Origin: Callorhinchus milii
Taxonomy: Eukaryota
Direction of reading: 5' to 3'
DNA: 64,000 bases
Assembly: GCF_018977255.1 (NCBI RefSeq)
Contig: NW_024704742.1
Coordinates: 112,284,001-112,348,000, forward strand
Shown: one piece after another, positions 42,138 to 55,692 of the stretch
How positions within the stretch are numbered: position 1 is the stretch's first letter
Layout: every line of letters begins with the position of its first letter
Notes under the pieces: model-generated
What the model was told of the DNA's origin: nothing
The model's database searches: none
The model's input: only the letters and a program-made list of their open reading frames with translations
Program-made: the position numbers and the translations under genes

Positions 42138-43030
42138 ATAATAATCTTTACATTTGGTATAACCCCTATTCACATTGGGAGGACGACTCAAAGTGCTTCA
42201 CAGAATAAACTGTAAAGTGGAGTGATTGTGATTTGTGGGCGAAAGTGGCAGCCAATTTGCGCACAGCAATGTCCCACAAACAGCCATCAAGTGAATGACC
42301 AATTTTATTTGGGGGAATTGTTGACCACTCTTAAAGACATCTAAACCTTTGACTGTCAGGCTGGGTCATGAGGTACCGCTCTTGCCTCTGAGTCAGAAGG
42401 TTATGGGTTCAAACCCCACTTTTCGTCCTCACTCTCGTATTCAAATCCATTCACTCCCTGGCACCTCCCTACCTCTCTGACTCCTCACTCCCCAATCCAC
42501 CACTCAGTGCCTCCGCTCGACTGGCACCGGCCTTTTGCTCATACCACACACACTCCACCCCACCATCGGAGGTCATGCTTTCAGCCACTACACCCCAAAA
42601 CTCTGGAACACTCTCCCTCTCTCCCCTCTTTCACGTCCAGCCTGAAGACTTTCCTGTTCGACCGTGCTTACGGCCACTTCCCCCTTTCCCCTGGCTCAGA
42701 GTCAGGCTCTGCCACTGTTAAACACTCTGAGACGCTACCCTGTGTGGAGGGCACTATATAAGTGCAAGTTGTTATTGTTGTTGACCGGGACACTAGGAGA
42801 AACTTCCTTCTCTTTTCAAATAGTGCTATGAAATCTTTAACGTCCGTCTGAACAGGCAGACAGGTTAACATCACATCCAAAGCTTAGCACCTCCAACAAC
42901 AAAGCACACCTCCAGCACTGCACTGAGTATCAACCTCGACTATTCGGTTCCAAGTTCTGAAGTATGGCTTGAACCCATAACCTTCAGACTCAGAGGCAAG
43001 AATGCTACCTCATGAGCCATCCTGAAAGTT
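42138..43030 (-). mobile_element. Older-type Deu-SINE split by an L2 insertion
   Basis: 3' half at 42138-42326, 5' half at 42787-43030; ttgttgacc duplicated at the break. Confidence 0.85.
42421..42783 (+). mobile_element. 5'-truncated L2 LINE
   Basis: ctcactctcgtattcaaatcc...ctccctacctctctgactcc...gggcactatataagtgcaagttgttattgttgttg. Confidence 0.85.
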
Positions 43031-45388
43031 AAAGATTTAGATGTCTTTAACAATGGTAATTGCTTTTAATGAATGTATCAGAAATGGGACATGTGATATA
43101 GATCTCATAGCAACAATAGAAAGAAAGAGGAGAAAAGAAAGAAATTACATTTTATATTGCTTTATCCATTTATTACTGTAAGATCTCAAAGTGCTTCACA
43201 GGTAATTACTGTCAAGTATAGTGATTGTTTTTGAAAGCAATCCAAGCAACCTCCATCCAACAAGTTCCCACAAACAGCCATGAGGTGAATGATTAATTAA
43301 ACTGAATGATTTCTGGCCCGATAGCAGGGGTCTATTGCTCTGTCACCTTTAATGATTCTCTGCCTCCTGCAAACCATTAATACAGCCTCTGCTTGACATC
43401 TCCCTCCTTGGCATGACCACAGTGAATGGAAGTTTGAACCTGTGCCATTCCAGTCTGTGGCACCAGAGTATTCGTGTTCCAAAATCTTACTGCAAAAAAA
43501 ACCCAATCTTTGTCAATTCTATAAATAGCTCTGCTTATAAAACCTGCCTCCAAGGTTAAAATGGGAACTCTACAGTATATCCAGTATATCCAGACTTCAG
43601 TATTCTGGATATATAGTGTTTTATCCCTCTGTACATGGATCCTATAAATTTAAAGGAACTGGCCAATTTGAAGAACCTGAATTGAACCAAATTTAAAGAG
43701 GCATTCAGCATTTCAACCTCAACAATCCTAGGTTAGGTAATTTCAGGTTAAGTGTTGATCTTTCTGAGAAGTGAAAGGATGCTTGCACTCACTATCGTGA
43801 GGGAGATATTTTGTTTTTGAGTATTCTATGATTAAGTAGCTCCTGGCAGAACCCTAGCCCATATCTTTAAATGAATACCAGAACACCACACACTTGGTTC
43901 AATGTTCAGTGTTATTTCCTATGTGTGTGACATAACACTTTGAAGTTTCACACTGGTAAAATAATGACATTGGCACTAAAATTACTATTCACACCCACAC
44001 ACACAAAAAAACTTCTACAGCAATACTTCTAACAAAGCATTTAAAATAATTTGAACATTAAGTTTCTCAAAAATGTTTACACATGAATGTGTTTAAAAGG
44101 AAACATTTAGTTTAAACACATTTATGAGTAAACGTTTTTGAGAGAGGGAAAATAAAATCTGTAGTTGCATGTACATTCAACACACTTTTTAAGTTCTGAA
44201 TTTCCTTGCAGTTTAAATGGTTCAGTTAGTTTCAAACACAACATTAGGTGTTATCTGTTAGAACACACGCTACTTCTCTCAGCTGGAGTAGGCAGCTGTG
44301 GCATCCAAAATAAGAATTTATCTGAATTGGACTAGTTAAGCTTAATGTAAAACTAGATTGGTTCAAAATGACTCAGTTCAGATTGACTAGGCTTTGTATC
44401 TTTTTTGGTCAGACAGGTGTCTGGCAATGCTGAAGCCCATCACCATGGTTAAGAGTATCCAAACTGAAAGTTTGATGCATCCCACTTAAACATGGAAATT
44501 CCTGTATTATGGAATACAATGTACACTCTTCTCGGAGAGAAGCATCCTACCTAACTAATTCCAGAGAGTATTAATGCACAGGCTGGCAAGAACCAAGGTT
44601 TGGGGAATCCAGATTGTGCATTGGGGTAACTGCTACATTGAGTCTAACCGGTTAAAACCGCAAAGCCTTGCCATTGAAAGCACTGTCTGGTAAGCTTTCC
44701 TGCTGTTTGTCCAGGTAAAACCACCCTACCCATTAGAGCTTTGGTATGGTTAACAGGAGCTGAGTGGGAAGAGTGACTGGTCTGTCTTCCAAATCCAACT
44801 GATCACAGGTTCTCCAGGGCATGCCACTTCTCTCAGCTGGAATGGCCTGATTGGGTTGTCATCAGCAGTGCCCTGGAGTACTGTGGACCCATCTGGCTCA
44901 GGAACTGAACCTCCAAGACCATCACAAACTCAGTTCTGATATTCTATTGTCAAGAAGGCACCTTGGAGTTAATTCAGTTTCAAGGACACCTTGCTTACCT
45001 CTTCTTCTGCCCCCCCGGATGATAAGGTTTTGTCCTTATCAGCATCTCAGAGCACTTAAGGTTTAAGCGCTCTAAAACACTGCCCCGCGTGAAGGGCACT
45101 ATATAAACACAAATTGTTGTTATTTTGTGCATGACCATGCAACTTGTCATTAGGCATAGATCATCTGTTCTCTCATGGCTCTTTGTTTCCAAAGAAGAAT
45201 TGTGCTGTGTTTTTTCATGATGGGAAGGAAGATTCTATAGCGTTTATCTTCAAAGGGTTAATTTATTTTCTTCTGGGAAGCCAATAGACTGAGTGAAGTG
45301 CTATGTGGCACAATAACTGATGAGTGTTGAACTAAGATCCCAGAAACGAATAGTAACTGCTCAAACAATCAGTTCCTGGGTAGTACTT

Positions 45389-45407
45389 TATTGCCATCTA
45401 GTGGCCA
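45389..45407 (-). promoter_or_regulatory. Predicted CTCF binding site
   Basis: Minus strand TGGCCACTAGATGGCAATA closely matches the CTCF core consensus. Confidence 0.55.
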
Positions 45408-45889
45408 AAACAATGGAAAAGTCACAGAGTTGTAGTTTGATGAATGCTCTTACAACCCTTATCTGCAAGTGATGGTGTCGTTTCTGCAATGAACTTCTGC
45501 CCAAAATGAACAAGAGTTCCAGATGGAAGTATTACAGGCCACAGGTAGGAGAAATGGTCATGTGAAGTTGTACTATTTGGATTGGGGGCAGGGGGTGGCT
45601 TGATAGAAAAAGCTGAGCTGGATCTATAAGAGTTCATTGTTCTGGGACAAAAGGAAGAGGTTTTCAGCAATAATAACTGGTGTGGTGATGCTGCTACAGT
45701 CATGTTTATATAAATAAATGACTGTCTAGACTCATTTCTCTGGAGATATAGAGGGTGGATTTAACACATAATATAGGGTATTTGTATCACTTTTGTTGGT
45801 CTGCATAGCTTTAGACTTTTATCAATTAGGGAAAAATATGGTCCCACCAAGGCCATAATATTCCATCACTTGATCTCAAATGGGACAGC

Positions 45890-46150
45890 ACTTGGAACAC
45901 TCCAATTGGGGTTCCATTCCCCTGGGTTAGAAAGGGAAATATCAGCCAAGATCTCTGTTCTCAATTGCCATTCAGTGCTTGTGGAAAGTGTGCTTGTGTA
46001 GCTGTTTGGTGAGGACAGGCTAGGTCATTGATGTGATGTCCTCGTGATCAAATAACCTGCTGACGCTCATTGCTTAAAAGTACACATAAAGAATGGCCAA
46101 TTGGACAAGGTATTAGAGGACTTCTGACAGTTTGGGAACTGTATTCAACT
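45890..46150 (+). mobile_element. Ancient SINE-like repeat (second family)
   Basis: Colinear with 9625-9950; a shorter fragment lies at about 25380-25430. Confidence 0.6.
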
Positions 46151-47369
46151 AGAAGAGGAGGAGGAGAAAATTGGCAAAACATTACTCTATCACTAAGTGT
46201 AAGCTTTATATCATTCTGAAGTTGTAAAAGATAAATCAGCCTGATATTTCTTGAAAATTTCGATCTCTTTCTTTGGCTTTTCCAAGGACCTTTGCCATCA
46301 ATTTCCTCGGTGTTCATCAGATGTTATTACCTAACTAGGGAATTCAACATCTAACTGAAGAGACTTTGAAAACAGCATAGAATGAAGCTGGACGGGTCAG
46401 TGTGACAACAAATCTTTTGCAATGTATTATTGACTTGATCTTCTTAGCACTGAAGATGATAAACCATTTGCCAACCCAGTACTGTCTTTCAGTTGACTTT
46501 GGTTTGCCACATCACATACACATACATATAAAGCATTGATTAAGGGGAGAAAATCCATATTTTCTTCCATGAATTGCAAAACCTGCTATAGTGCTGCTTT
46601 TTGTTTGTTGTTCCTTTCTGCAGCTCGAAGGATGATGGCAGGTTTGGTGATTTCTTCTCTCTGGGTTACTGTGTATATGAGTTTGGAACAAAATTGCAAA
46701 TTTAATCAACCAAATGATGCCAAAAGATGTTAAATCATCTTGTAATGATTCACAACAGATCCCCAAAAGGTCAGAATTCCAAACAAAGCCCAAAACAAGG
46801 AAACCCTGACTCATTTCAAATAAGAAGCTTATTTTAGTTACATCCTGTGGCGTTTAGCTGGAGAGTTAGATTGAATGAACAAAGGTACAATATGTAGCAT
46901 GCAGAGTAATTTATCTGCTTTTAGAATTTCTTTATATTTGGGAGGAAATGATACATACAGTCTTAGAGTACAAATACTCCAATTAATGCAAGAATTATGT
47001 AATTAATATACATGATCCCTGCAGGTTTTACCAACCCCTGCTGCAATAGCTATAATACATAGCTTTGGAAAATCCTGCAATAAATTTGCGCCTTTTCATT
47101 TAATTATAATTTTTGACGTTAAGGGCATATGTTTTAATATTCGTTTGATTTTACGGCTCAGACAAATGTATACTTATGTGGATTTTGAACCCATATCTCA
47201 GTTAATTGTACACTTTTCATCTGAAAGTACATTGTCTATTTTGTTTTAAATTAAGAGGTGGCATATTTAGTTGCATTGATTGTAATGCCCAGGACACATT
47301 TACTACAAAAACAGAAAATTGCATTTATATATTTAAGTATTAAGTTAATATTGCTGAACCAGCGCACAA

Positions 47370-47812
47370 CTTAGGTGTTCAGTTTGACTTCAACTCTTTT
47401 TCCTCCCTTATATCTGGGCCATGACCAAGATTGCTTTTCATCCCATTGCTTACCTTCTTTGCTAACCCATACCCATTGCTGCCAGAACCATCATTCACAC
47501 CATTGTTATCGTTGTTATCTCCGACTTGACTTCTCAAATGTGCTCATCACTGGTCTCCCCAGCTGCATCATCCATAAGTTTCAGCTAATCCAAATCTCCA
47601 TTGCTCACATTACCCACATAAAACTTTATATAACTACCATCCCACCCTCGCCAGGATTTACTGATTCCCTCATCTACCTTTTTGCCATTGCACCTCCGTG
47701 ATGTTCTCCTGTCTCAGTCTTCTGCTCACCAATTCTGCTTGGTGTCCGACACAATCTTTGCAAAGCACCTTGAGATGTTACTCAATCTACCGAAGTGCAA
47801 GTTGTTGTTATT
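47370..47812 (+). mobile_element. Old decayed L2 fragment
   Basis: ctccgacttgacttctcaaatgtgctcatcactggtctc (RLDFSNVLITGLP, the L2 RLDY.N.LL.GLP motif) and gtgcaagttgttgtt tail. Confidence 0.65.
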
Positions 47813-48899
47813 TATGTGTAAAGATTGTTGCATTAGTCCCTGCCTATGTTATATGATATACTGTGCTGTAAAAAGGCATATCTCATACATAGTAATAAAA
47901 TACAGTTCCTACACTTTGCAATATATCCTGTGAGGTACTTTGTGGTGTCCACTTGATGTGAAATGCAAGGATTATTATGGTTAAAAAGTAATGTTGTAAC
48001 TATCCAATGTACATCTAAATTACTATGAGAATAGAAAGAACAGTTTGTGTGGTTGCTCAATATTGGTTAACAATTTAAACTCTTCCTGAAGGGATGCCCG
48101 TGTTTTCAGCATATGACTGACTAGAATATTCAGTGGAAATTGATTAGCTCAAAACTTGCAGATTACAGGAAATCAAGCCAGCAGTCTGAGTGAACCTACC
48201 CAGATGACTTAAAAACAGTTTAAAAGCCCACAAAAAAAGCTTATTTGTTTACAAGGTTTTGATGAAATCATTTTTTTTTCAATTTTGTGTATTTTGGAAC
48301 GTTTATAGAATGAAACACATGACATACACCGGTGCACAAGCAAATCATCGAGAAGCCTCACAATTCCTACATTTACATGCACAGGATCTCACTGTTCCTG
48401 TGAAGGTGAATCATTATCACTGTGCTCTAAAACTGTTTACATGAATCTGTTTCCTACATTTGCTAAATTGACTGACAGAAGGGGGCTTCAAAACCGGTAC
48501 ATCTAGTTTTGTGAATGTACGGTGTTTGCAGCACTTCAAAGTGTATATGCGTGGTGCAGATGCCACTGTAAATGCTTTATTCCACCTTCAAAATACCTAC
48601 TAGAATCTCGCAGAGAAAAGTTGACAAAGAACTAGAATTTATGCTTGGTGCTAAGATGGAATGTTTCTATCAGTGTGATTTTTAACTTGGCAGTAATGGT
48701 AGTATAATTTCACTTCTATTTATTTCTAATTTAACCCTTCTTTCTGCTGTTTGTAGGGAACAAATATTAGATTAGCTCAATATAAAAGAGAGAAAAATAT
48801 TATTTTACTATCTACCCATCATTCATTTTCCCTCTTTGGTTGTGCTGTTAATAAAAATATTTCTTACATTCATTGTAATATAATAAATTATAAATTACA

Positions 48900-49185
48900 A
48901 ATAATCATTGCATTTGGTTCAGCGCCTCTCATGTCCGGAGGATGTCTCAAAGCATTGTGCATTTGTAGGCAAACTCGGAAGCCTAATTGCACATTGCAAT
49001 GTTCCACATACAACCATGAAACAAAGAACCAATTTTATTTGGGAGATTGTTGGCCAGGACACCAGGAGATTTTTTTTTTCCTTCCCCCCCCGCCCCACTC
49101 CTTCACTTTTCTAGTAGTGCCTCGGGATGTTTAATGTCCACCTGAACAGGCACACAGGGCCTTTGTTTAACTTCTCATCCAAAGG
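48900..49185 (-). mobile_element. Deu-SINE fragment
   Basis: Deu domain and tail motifs. Confidence 0.75.
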
Positions 49186-49995
49186 AAGTTACAAGTACAG
49201 ATCAGTCATCTGATTCTGACTCCTCAAAGTCTTCTTGTTTTCAGTTTCAGAGAAATATCAAAATCCTGGTGACATTTTTCAAGTATTTTGATACTGCTTC
49301 CAGAAAAATGTGACTCACTTGCACAAATAAATCTATTAAACTAATTTGAACATCCTATTAATTATCGGGAAACAGATCTTGCAATTTGAAATACCTTAAC
49401 AGCCTATTATGTAAAATGGATATTCGGCCCATCAAACCCATTATTTCCATAGTCAGTTGTGCAATCTACCCGAATATTGTCTATAATCCAGCTATTTATT
49501 TACCTGAAGGAACGTTCTGCAAAATAATCCTATAAACCTATGAAACATTTATCCTTAGTTACATTTGCACTTTTTATATTTAATAGAATGGAGTTCTGTT
49601 TAAAAGGAATGGACATTAGACAACTGAAATTCCCTACACCGTATGCAATGGTGCTTAACAGGGATAATTAATAAGGGGGAGGGGAACATTTTGCTAACTA
49701 AATAATAATCCTATTAAAAGCTTTCAACTATATCAGAATTTATTACATTCTAGAACACAGAAAAGCCCCTTATACCAGCCCATATATACAGCAGTAGCTT
49801 TTATAAAACATAGGTTAATTTTCTGTGGCAATCTTAGGTCATCAATGTTGGATAATTAGGTATTTTTTTTAGGTGGAAATATCATCACTTAATAGAGCTG
49901 AAACTTGATTTTTTTCTCTGGAAAAAAATCTTACTTACATTTTCACAATTGTGATTACAGACCAGTTAAAAATTCAACATCATTCTCTTGAACTG

Positions 49996-50200
49996 ATAAT
50001 AATAATAATAATAATAATAATAATCCTTGCATTTGATGTAGCGCTTTTCACGTCTCCTAGACGTCTCAAAGCACTTCACAGAATACGTTGTAAGGTGAAT
50101 TGACTGTATATTTGTGGGCGAAACGCAGCAGCCAATTGCGCACAGCAGTGTCCCACAAACAGCTGTGGAATAAAAATGACAAATTTTTTTTTTGGAGCGA
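49996..50200 (-). mobile_element. Young Deu-SINE 3' part with long (AAT)n tail
   Basis: High similarity to other young copies. Confidence 0.9.
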
Positions 50201-50682
50201 TTTTGATCAAATATGAATAGCTCTACGTAAGTTGAAAGTTATTGCAATCTGATTCCAATAAAACTGACTGCTGTTTTTAACAGAATAATAATAAACATTG
50301 CATTTGATATAATGCCTTTCACCTTGTGAAGATGTCTTGAAGTACTCCATAGGATTTTCTTTAGACTGTACAGTTTGGTGGACTATGTATCTTGCAGATG
50401 AATATACATACTTATCTTAAGTTATGATATAAAATTTACACTGCTTCAATTTGTGAGATTGTTTGTTTGCTCTAGATTATTTGGATTTCTACCAGGATTC
50501 CTTAATAAAGAATTCCCACATGTGGAAACTCCACTTCAGAAGTAAATCACATAAGAGCAGTTTCCACATGTCAGCATGACTTCTGGTTACCGTTTTGTAC
50601 AACATAATTCCTTGGAATCATGTTAAAATCCCAGTGATTTAGACACCCCTATGTTTATTACAAAGAATAAAGTTCAATTAAA

Positions 50683-50938
50683 ATGAGGTCCCACCTGCCT
50701 ATTCAGGTGGATGTTAAAGATTCCTTGGTATTATATGAAAGGAGAAAAGAGTTTGTCCTACTATCCTGGCCAACAATCCCCCAGAAGAAATTGGTCATCC
50801 ACTTTATGGCTGTTTGTAGGTCATTGGCTGCCAGATTTGCCTACAAATACATTGCACTTTACAGTAAAACCATGTGAAGAGCTTTAAGACATTGATGATA
50901 TGATAGGCGCTATATCAAATGAAAGGATTAATTATTTT
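50683..50938 (+). mobile_element. Deu-SINE 3' half
   Basis: gaggtcccacctgcctattcaggtggatgttaaagat...gcgctatatcaaatgaaaggatt. Confidence 0.8.
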
Positions 50939-52565
50939 ATTCTTCAGTCTTCATGTATACTGATAAAACTATTAACCAGTGCCATACCGTTTTCTGCAAA
51001 CATTTTTTGAGCATCCCAGGTGTGTCTCATTCGCTGCTATTGCTTTGCAGAATTACTTTTTTGAGATTCTTCACAATATATGAAATATCTTCCAATATCT
51101 ATTTGTGTTTAAAATGTTTAGGCAAAACAACTGTTCAATCAGACTAAGATCTTCTAAATTACCCCAGCAAATGCTGAATATTGTATCGTAGCCCACATCC
51201 CAAATTGGATTCAGTCACGACATCCTAGCTGGTCAATCGCTGGTAGATACAGCCCTTAACAAACAACAGTACCTGCTGGGGATCGATCAATATGAAATCT
51301 ATTCATCCATTCTGTGTGAGTCAGTAATGAATTTGGAGACATCTACACTCAAACTTTATGACAAATTACATTTTTGCATTCCAAATCAAATATTTTTCTT
51401 GCCCAAACATTCCCCATTGAACACACTACTTTCTCTTCCTCAAATCTTCTTCATGTTTTGCCTTCCAGGTGACAGTGTGCCGTGCATCAAAAAGGATTTT
51501 TTAAAAATTCACTGGGTGAAAGGCAAAGCAAGAGATGTGCTTTCTCTTGTTATTATCAACAATGGTTTACCATTTTCCAGTTACATGTGAATCATTGTAT
51601 ACACCTACTTACTGAAATAGATTATTTGTAATAAGGCTGAGTTGCGAGGAATGAAAGCAAACTTTACAGTCATGTCTTGAGGTGAATCTGGGGACAAGAT
51701 GAAAATTCAATCTTGTCAGTCAGATTCAGTAATAACTGCCTATGTCATAATGTGTTTTTCTCTCATCTGATGAGGACAGTTCTAACAAAGAGAATAAAGC
51801 AAGCTCAATAATACATTACTCAACCAGTTGTACACATACATCTATTTTCTGTAACAGGTCTCACTATTCATAAAGGTACAATCGTGGCACCATGATAAAA
51901 AGGGTCATTTAAAAGACTTCACAGATGCTCTGTACTGTGAAGGATTGAATTTTCAGTTGAATGCCTGCACTTTCACATCTTCCCTCTCTACAGGAATTTA
52001 CTTTTCAATAACACACTTTAATAGGTGTTTCTTACTTTGCTGACCATGGACACTCTCAGTTCAGAATTATACCATGTCTTATTCTTCCTTTAGCATTGAA
52101 ACGTTAATGAAATGATTCACAATTATTTTAAATATAAAAATTCATTTTACAATTAGAAGAACAAATCATGCAGGAGAACTATTCCCAAGCAGATTGTTTC
52201 ACATAGTTTTTAATAATCCTTGCATTTGATATAGTGCTTTATTATGTTGATAAGGTGTCTCAAAGCGCTTTACCTGATTTTACTTTAAAGTATAACAACC
52301 GTGTATTTTTTAGATGAACACGGCAGGTTGCAAACAGAAACAATTTTTATTATTATTTAATTTATTAATTATTATTGTTATTAATGCCCCACAAACAAAC
52401 ATAAAGTGAATGGCCAATTTTTATCTGTTTTTTTGGCCAAGGCACAAGAGCAACTGCATTCTCTGTTCACATATCTTCACCTGAATAGACAGATGGGACT
52501 TTGGTTTAATGTCTGGCCCAAACAATGATAAGGTAACAATTATTTTTTTTAAATTCTAGCATTAT

Positions 52566-52914
52566 GGAGTCCTGTAGCTCAGTGGTTAGAGCACTTGCCT
52601 CGCAAGCGAGAGACCTGGGTTCAATTCCCAGAAGGACGAAATGTTGGGCAAGTTTCCTTACTCCACACCCCTCTGTTTACCTAGCAGTAAGTAGGAATCT
52701 TGTTGTTAGTCAGTGGGTGGATTGCTTTTCCAAAGTAATAATTCCTTAAAAATAATTGGTCACTCAATCCACAACTGTTTGTGGGACACTGCTGTGCGCA
52801 ATAGGCTGCCACGTTTCACCCACAAAATATACAGTCAATTAATTTTACAGTATATTCTGACGTTTCGAAGACATGATAAAAGCGTTATATCAATTGGAAG
52901 GATTATTATTATTT
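52566..52914 (+). mobile_element. Full-length young SINE with tRNA-Ala(CGC)-like head, Deu domain and (ATT)n tail
   Basis: ggagtcctgtagctcagtggttagagcacttgcctcgcaagcgagagacctgggttcaattccc: A box, CGC anticodon loop, B box. Confidence 0.9.
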
Positions 52915-53194
52915 ACTCTTTAATAGTTTAATTATTTTTGATTGTATTCTCCTTTTAATCCTCTGTCCAGCAAAAGGACAGACAAATGGCTGTGGAAATC
53001 TGTTCTGCCTCTTTTAATAGGACTCTGTGACAACTGAGCAAATATTTCTGCGTTTGCAAGCTGCAGCGGAACTCCTACTGATTTTGTTTCTCTGTCAGTT
53101 AGTCACCTCCTCTCCACTCAGTGCTTCCAGCCGAGCCAAGATTGGCAATTTAACATCTGTGAGAATACACAAATGCAAATGTGTCAACTAAACA

Positions 53195-53575
53195 TGGGGT
53201 TCAAATACAAGTCTTGCACTGAAGCCCAGAACCACCAAGTCCCCGTTGGAACTTTAAACTCAAAGTCTCGGCTGACATTCCACTACAGTGCTGGGGGAAC
53301 ATTGTTGTGTTGGAATTGCCATCCTTTTGCTGAGACGTTAAACCAAGGTCCCTTCTGCCTGTTCCCCTGGCATTAAATAAAAAGAGGAGTTCCTCCCAGT
53401 GTCCTGTCCAATAAACCCCCATATTGGTCATTGACTTCAATGGCTTCTGTGGGACATTCCTGTGCACTAATTGGCTGCCATGTTTGCCTACAAAATAGCT
53501 GGTCAATACACTTTCTAGTGTAATTCTCCTTATGAAAGTCACCATATCAAATGAAAGGATTATTATTAGTAGTAT
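53195..53575 (+). mobile_element. Older-type Deu-SINE, degenerate head
   Basis: gctgagacgttaaaccaaggtcc...atatcaaatgaaaggattattatt. Confidence 0.75.
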
Positions 53576-55247
53576 TAGTTAGGCTGAGAATCACTAAAAT
53601 TAACTATAAGTTAACGTTTTAGAATAATTTTTTGAAGTTTTAGTCAGTGTTATAATAATTAATTATGGTGAATGATCAAGTTATTTTTATGCTGGTACAA
53701 GCTTCAGAGAATTAATAACTGTGAAATCTGAAGAAAAAATGATGGCATTCACAGTACAATAATACTTACATTCATAGTGCCTTTCACATCAGGATCCAAA
53801 CTGAGCTAGCTAAATTATGTTGTAAATACTATAAGAACAGAAAAAAATGCCTAACAATATATGCAAAACTGTTGACCAATTGCCTCCCCTCCTTCTTCAC
53901 ACCACAGCTCAGAAAATTGAGATGGTTCTGAACATAAGGATACATCAGAGCATTCCCTTTTCCTTTGAGAATGTACCTGTTTTTTCACTCTACATAATTG
54001 TTCTTACATGTTGGGAGGACGGCTCAATGCGCTTCACAGGATATACTGTATTGACTGTATTGTGTAGGCAAATGTATCTATATATTAATTGCGTTTGCTT
54101 GTGAAGGTTGTGGATGTGTAGTGATATTCTGATAAATACATTAGGTTTTATCCACACTTGAACTTTCTGCTCTAACCACAAGTCAGAAATCACCAACAGC
54201 ATCTCCAGGAGACTCCAATCTTACTCTTGGCAGGAACTAGAGAGACAATTTACAACACCTGGAAAATAACCTTCAGTAAGAGCATCAAAAAATTCTAAGT
54301 CAAATATAGCACAGCCAAATGCCACTTTACAACTCCCTTGTCACCATCTGAGCATACCTTATCCCGACTTAAGAAGGGGCCCTAATAATGCTGTACACAG
54401 TATGAATTTTACATTTCACACCACCCATCCCTCTGATTGAATTGCAAATTAATGGCAAATTATCACCAGTTCTGTACTGCAGACTTACATCTTCCCGCAA
54501 TTAGAATTAAAACTGCCCAAAACTATATTGCTCAGTGCCTTGCAAACTTAATAGAGTGATATTTTCAATCGAATGTTGGGTCTGGTTTTAAACCCAGCAT
54601 CTGGAGGTGAAAACATCCTGTGCTCAATAACTTCACCATTCATTCCTGTGCTAACTAAATATTAATATCAGGTACAGAATGCTACAAGTAAACACATAGA
54701 TACTAACCTGAGTTTACTGTCAATTAACCAATGTGAGGGCAGCATGTCCATTACATGATAGTTAAAATCAATTTTATTTTCATTATTGATTATAATTTTG
54801 CTTTGGAGATACTTGTAGCTCATATTGTTGTAAATATCAGTTGTTGGATTGCTTAAATTTACTACAATATTACCTTATCTGGTAAGTAAACAAGCAATTC
54901 AGTTTTGTGAGTGTTGACCCATGATACTAAATTTCCAGTGGATAGTTTGCTATACGTGAGTATAAAATAATACAACACTGCCACACTACACACAAAAATA
55001 TAATCTCTCCTTCACCCTGATACATATAGCTACTCTGTATTACAGTACTGTACTACAGTACTCATAAATTCAGTTTTAATCTGAACTCTCAAATCATACG
55101 TTTTCCCCAACAATTAAGATGTTTCATATCTAAATTCACTAAAAAGATGTGATGCATGTTGTAACCTTGCTCCAACTCCTGAACACAATAAATCTCACCT
55201 TGTACGGTGTTAAAGCAAGTATTACCAAATATCAGGTAAAAGCAAAT

Positions 55248-55692
55248 AGGTGTCAGCCTGGCTCAGTTGGTAGCACTCTCTCTCACCTCTGAGTCAGAAG
55301 GTTGTGGGTTGAAGCCCCACATCAGAACTTCAAACTCTCAGTCTAGGCACAGCACAGTGTAGTGCTGTGGGTTCACTGCATTGTTGGATGTGCTGTCCCT
55401 CGGATGAGTTGTTAAACCGAGGTCCCTTCTGCCTGAGCGGGTGGACGTTAAAGATCCCATCACACGATTTGAAAAGAGAAGGGAATTTCTTCTGGTGTCA
55501 TGGCCAAAATCCCCCAAATATAATTGATCATCCATATCACAGCTATTTGTGGGACATTACCGTGTGAAAGTTGTCTGCCAGGTTCACCTACAAGTACACG
55601 GTAATTACACTTCACAGTAAAATCACGTGAAATGCTTTGAGGTGTCTCAATGATGTGATAAGGTACTACATTAAATGCAACAATTATTGTTA
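55248..55692 (+). mobile_element. Older-type Deu-SINE, full length (best copy of this type)
   Basis: aggtgtcagcctggctcagttggtagcactctc...gaaggttgtgggttgaagcccc head, Deu core, tail. Confidence 0.9.

Noticed and set aside
52566..52637. tRNA-Ala(CGC) gene
   Set aside because: Acceptor stem does not close and the sequence continues into a SINE body; same for the heads near 26098 and 60392
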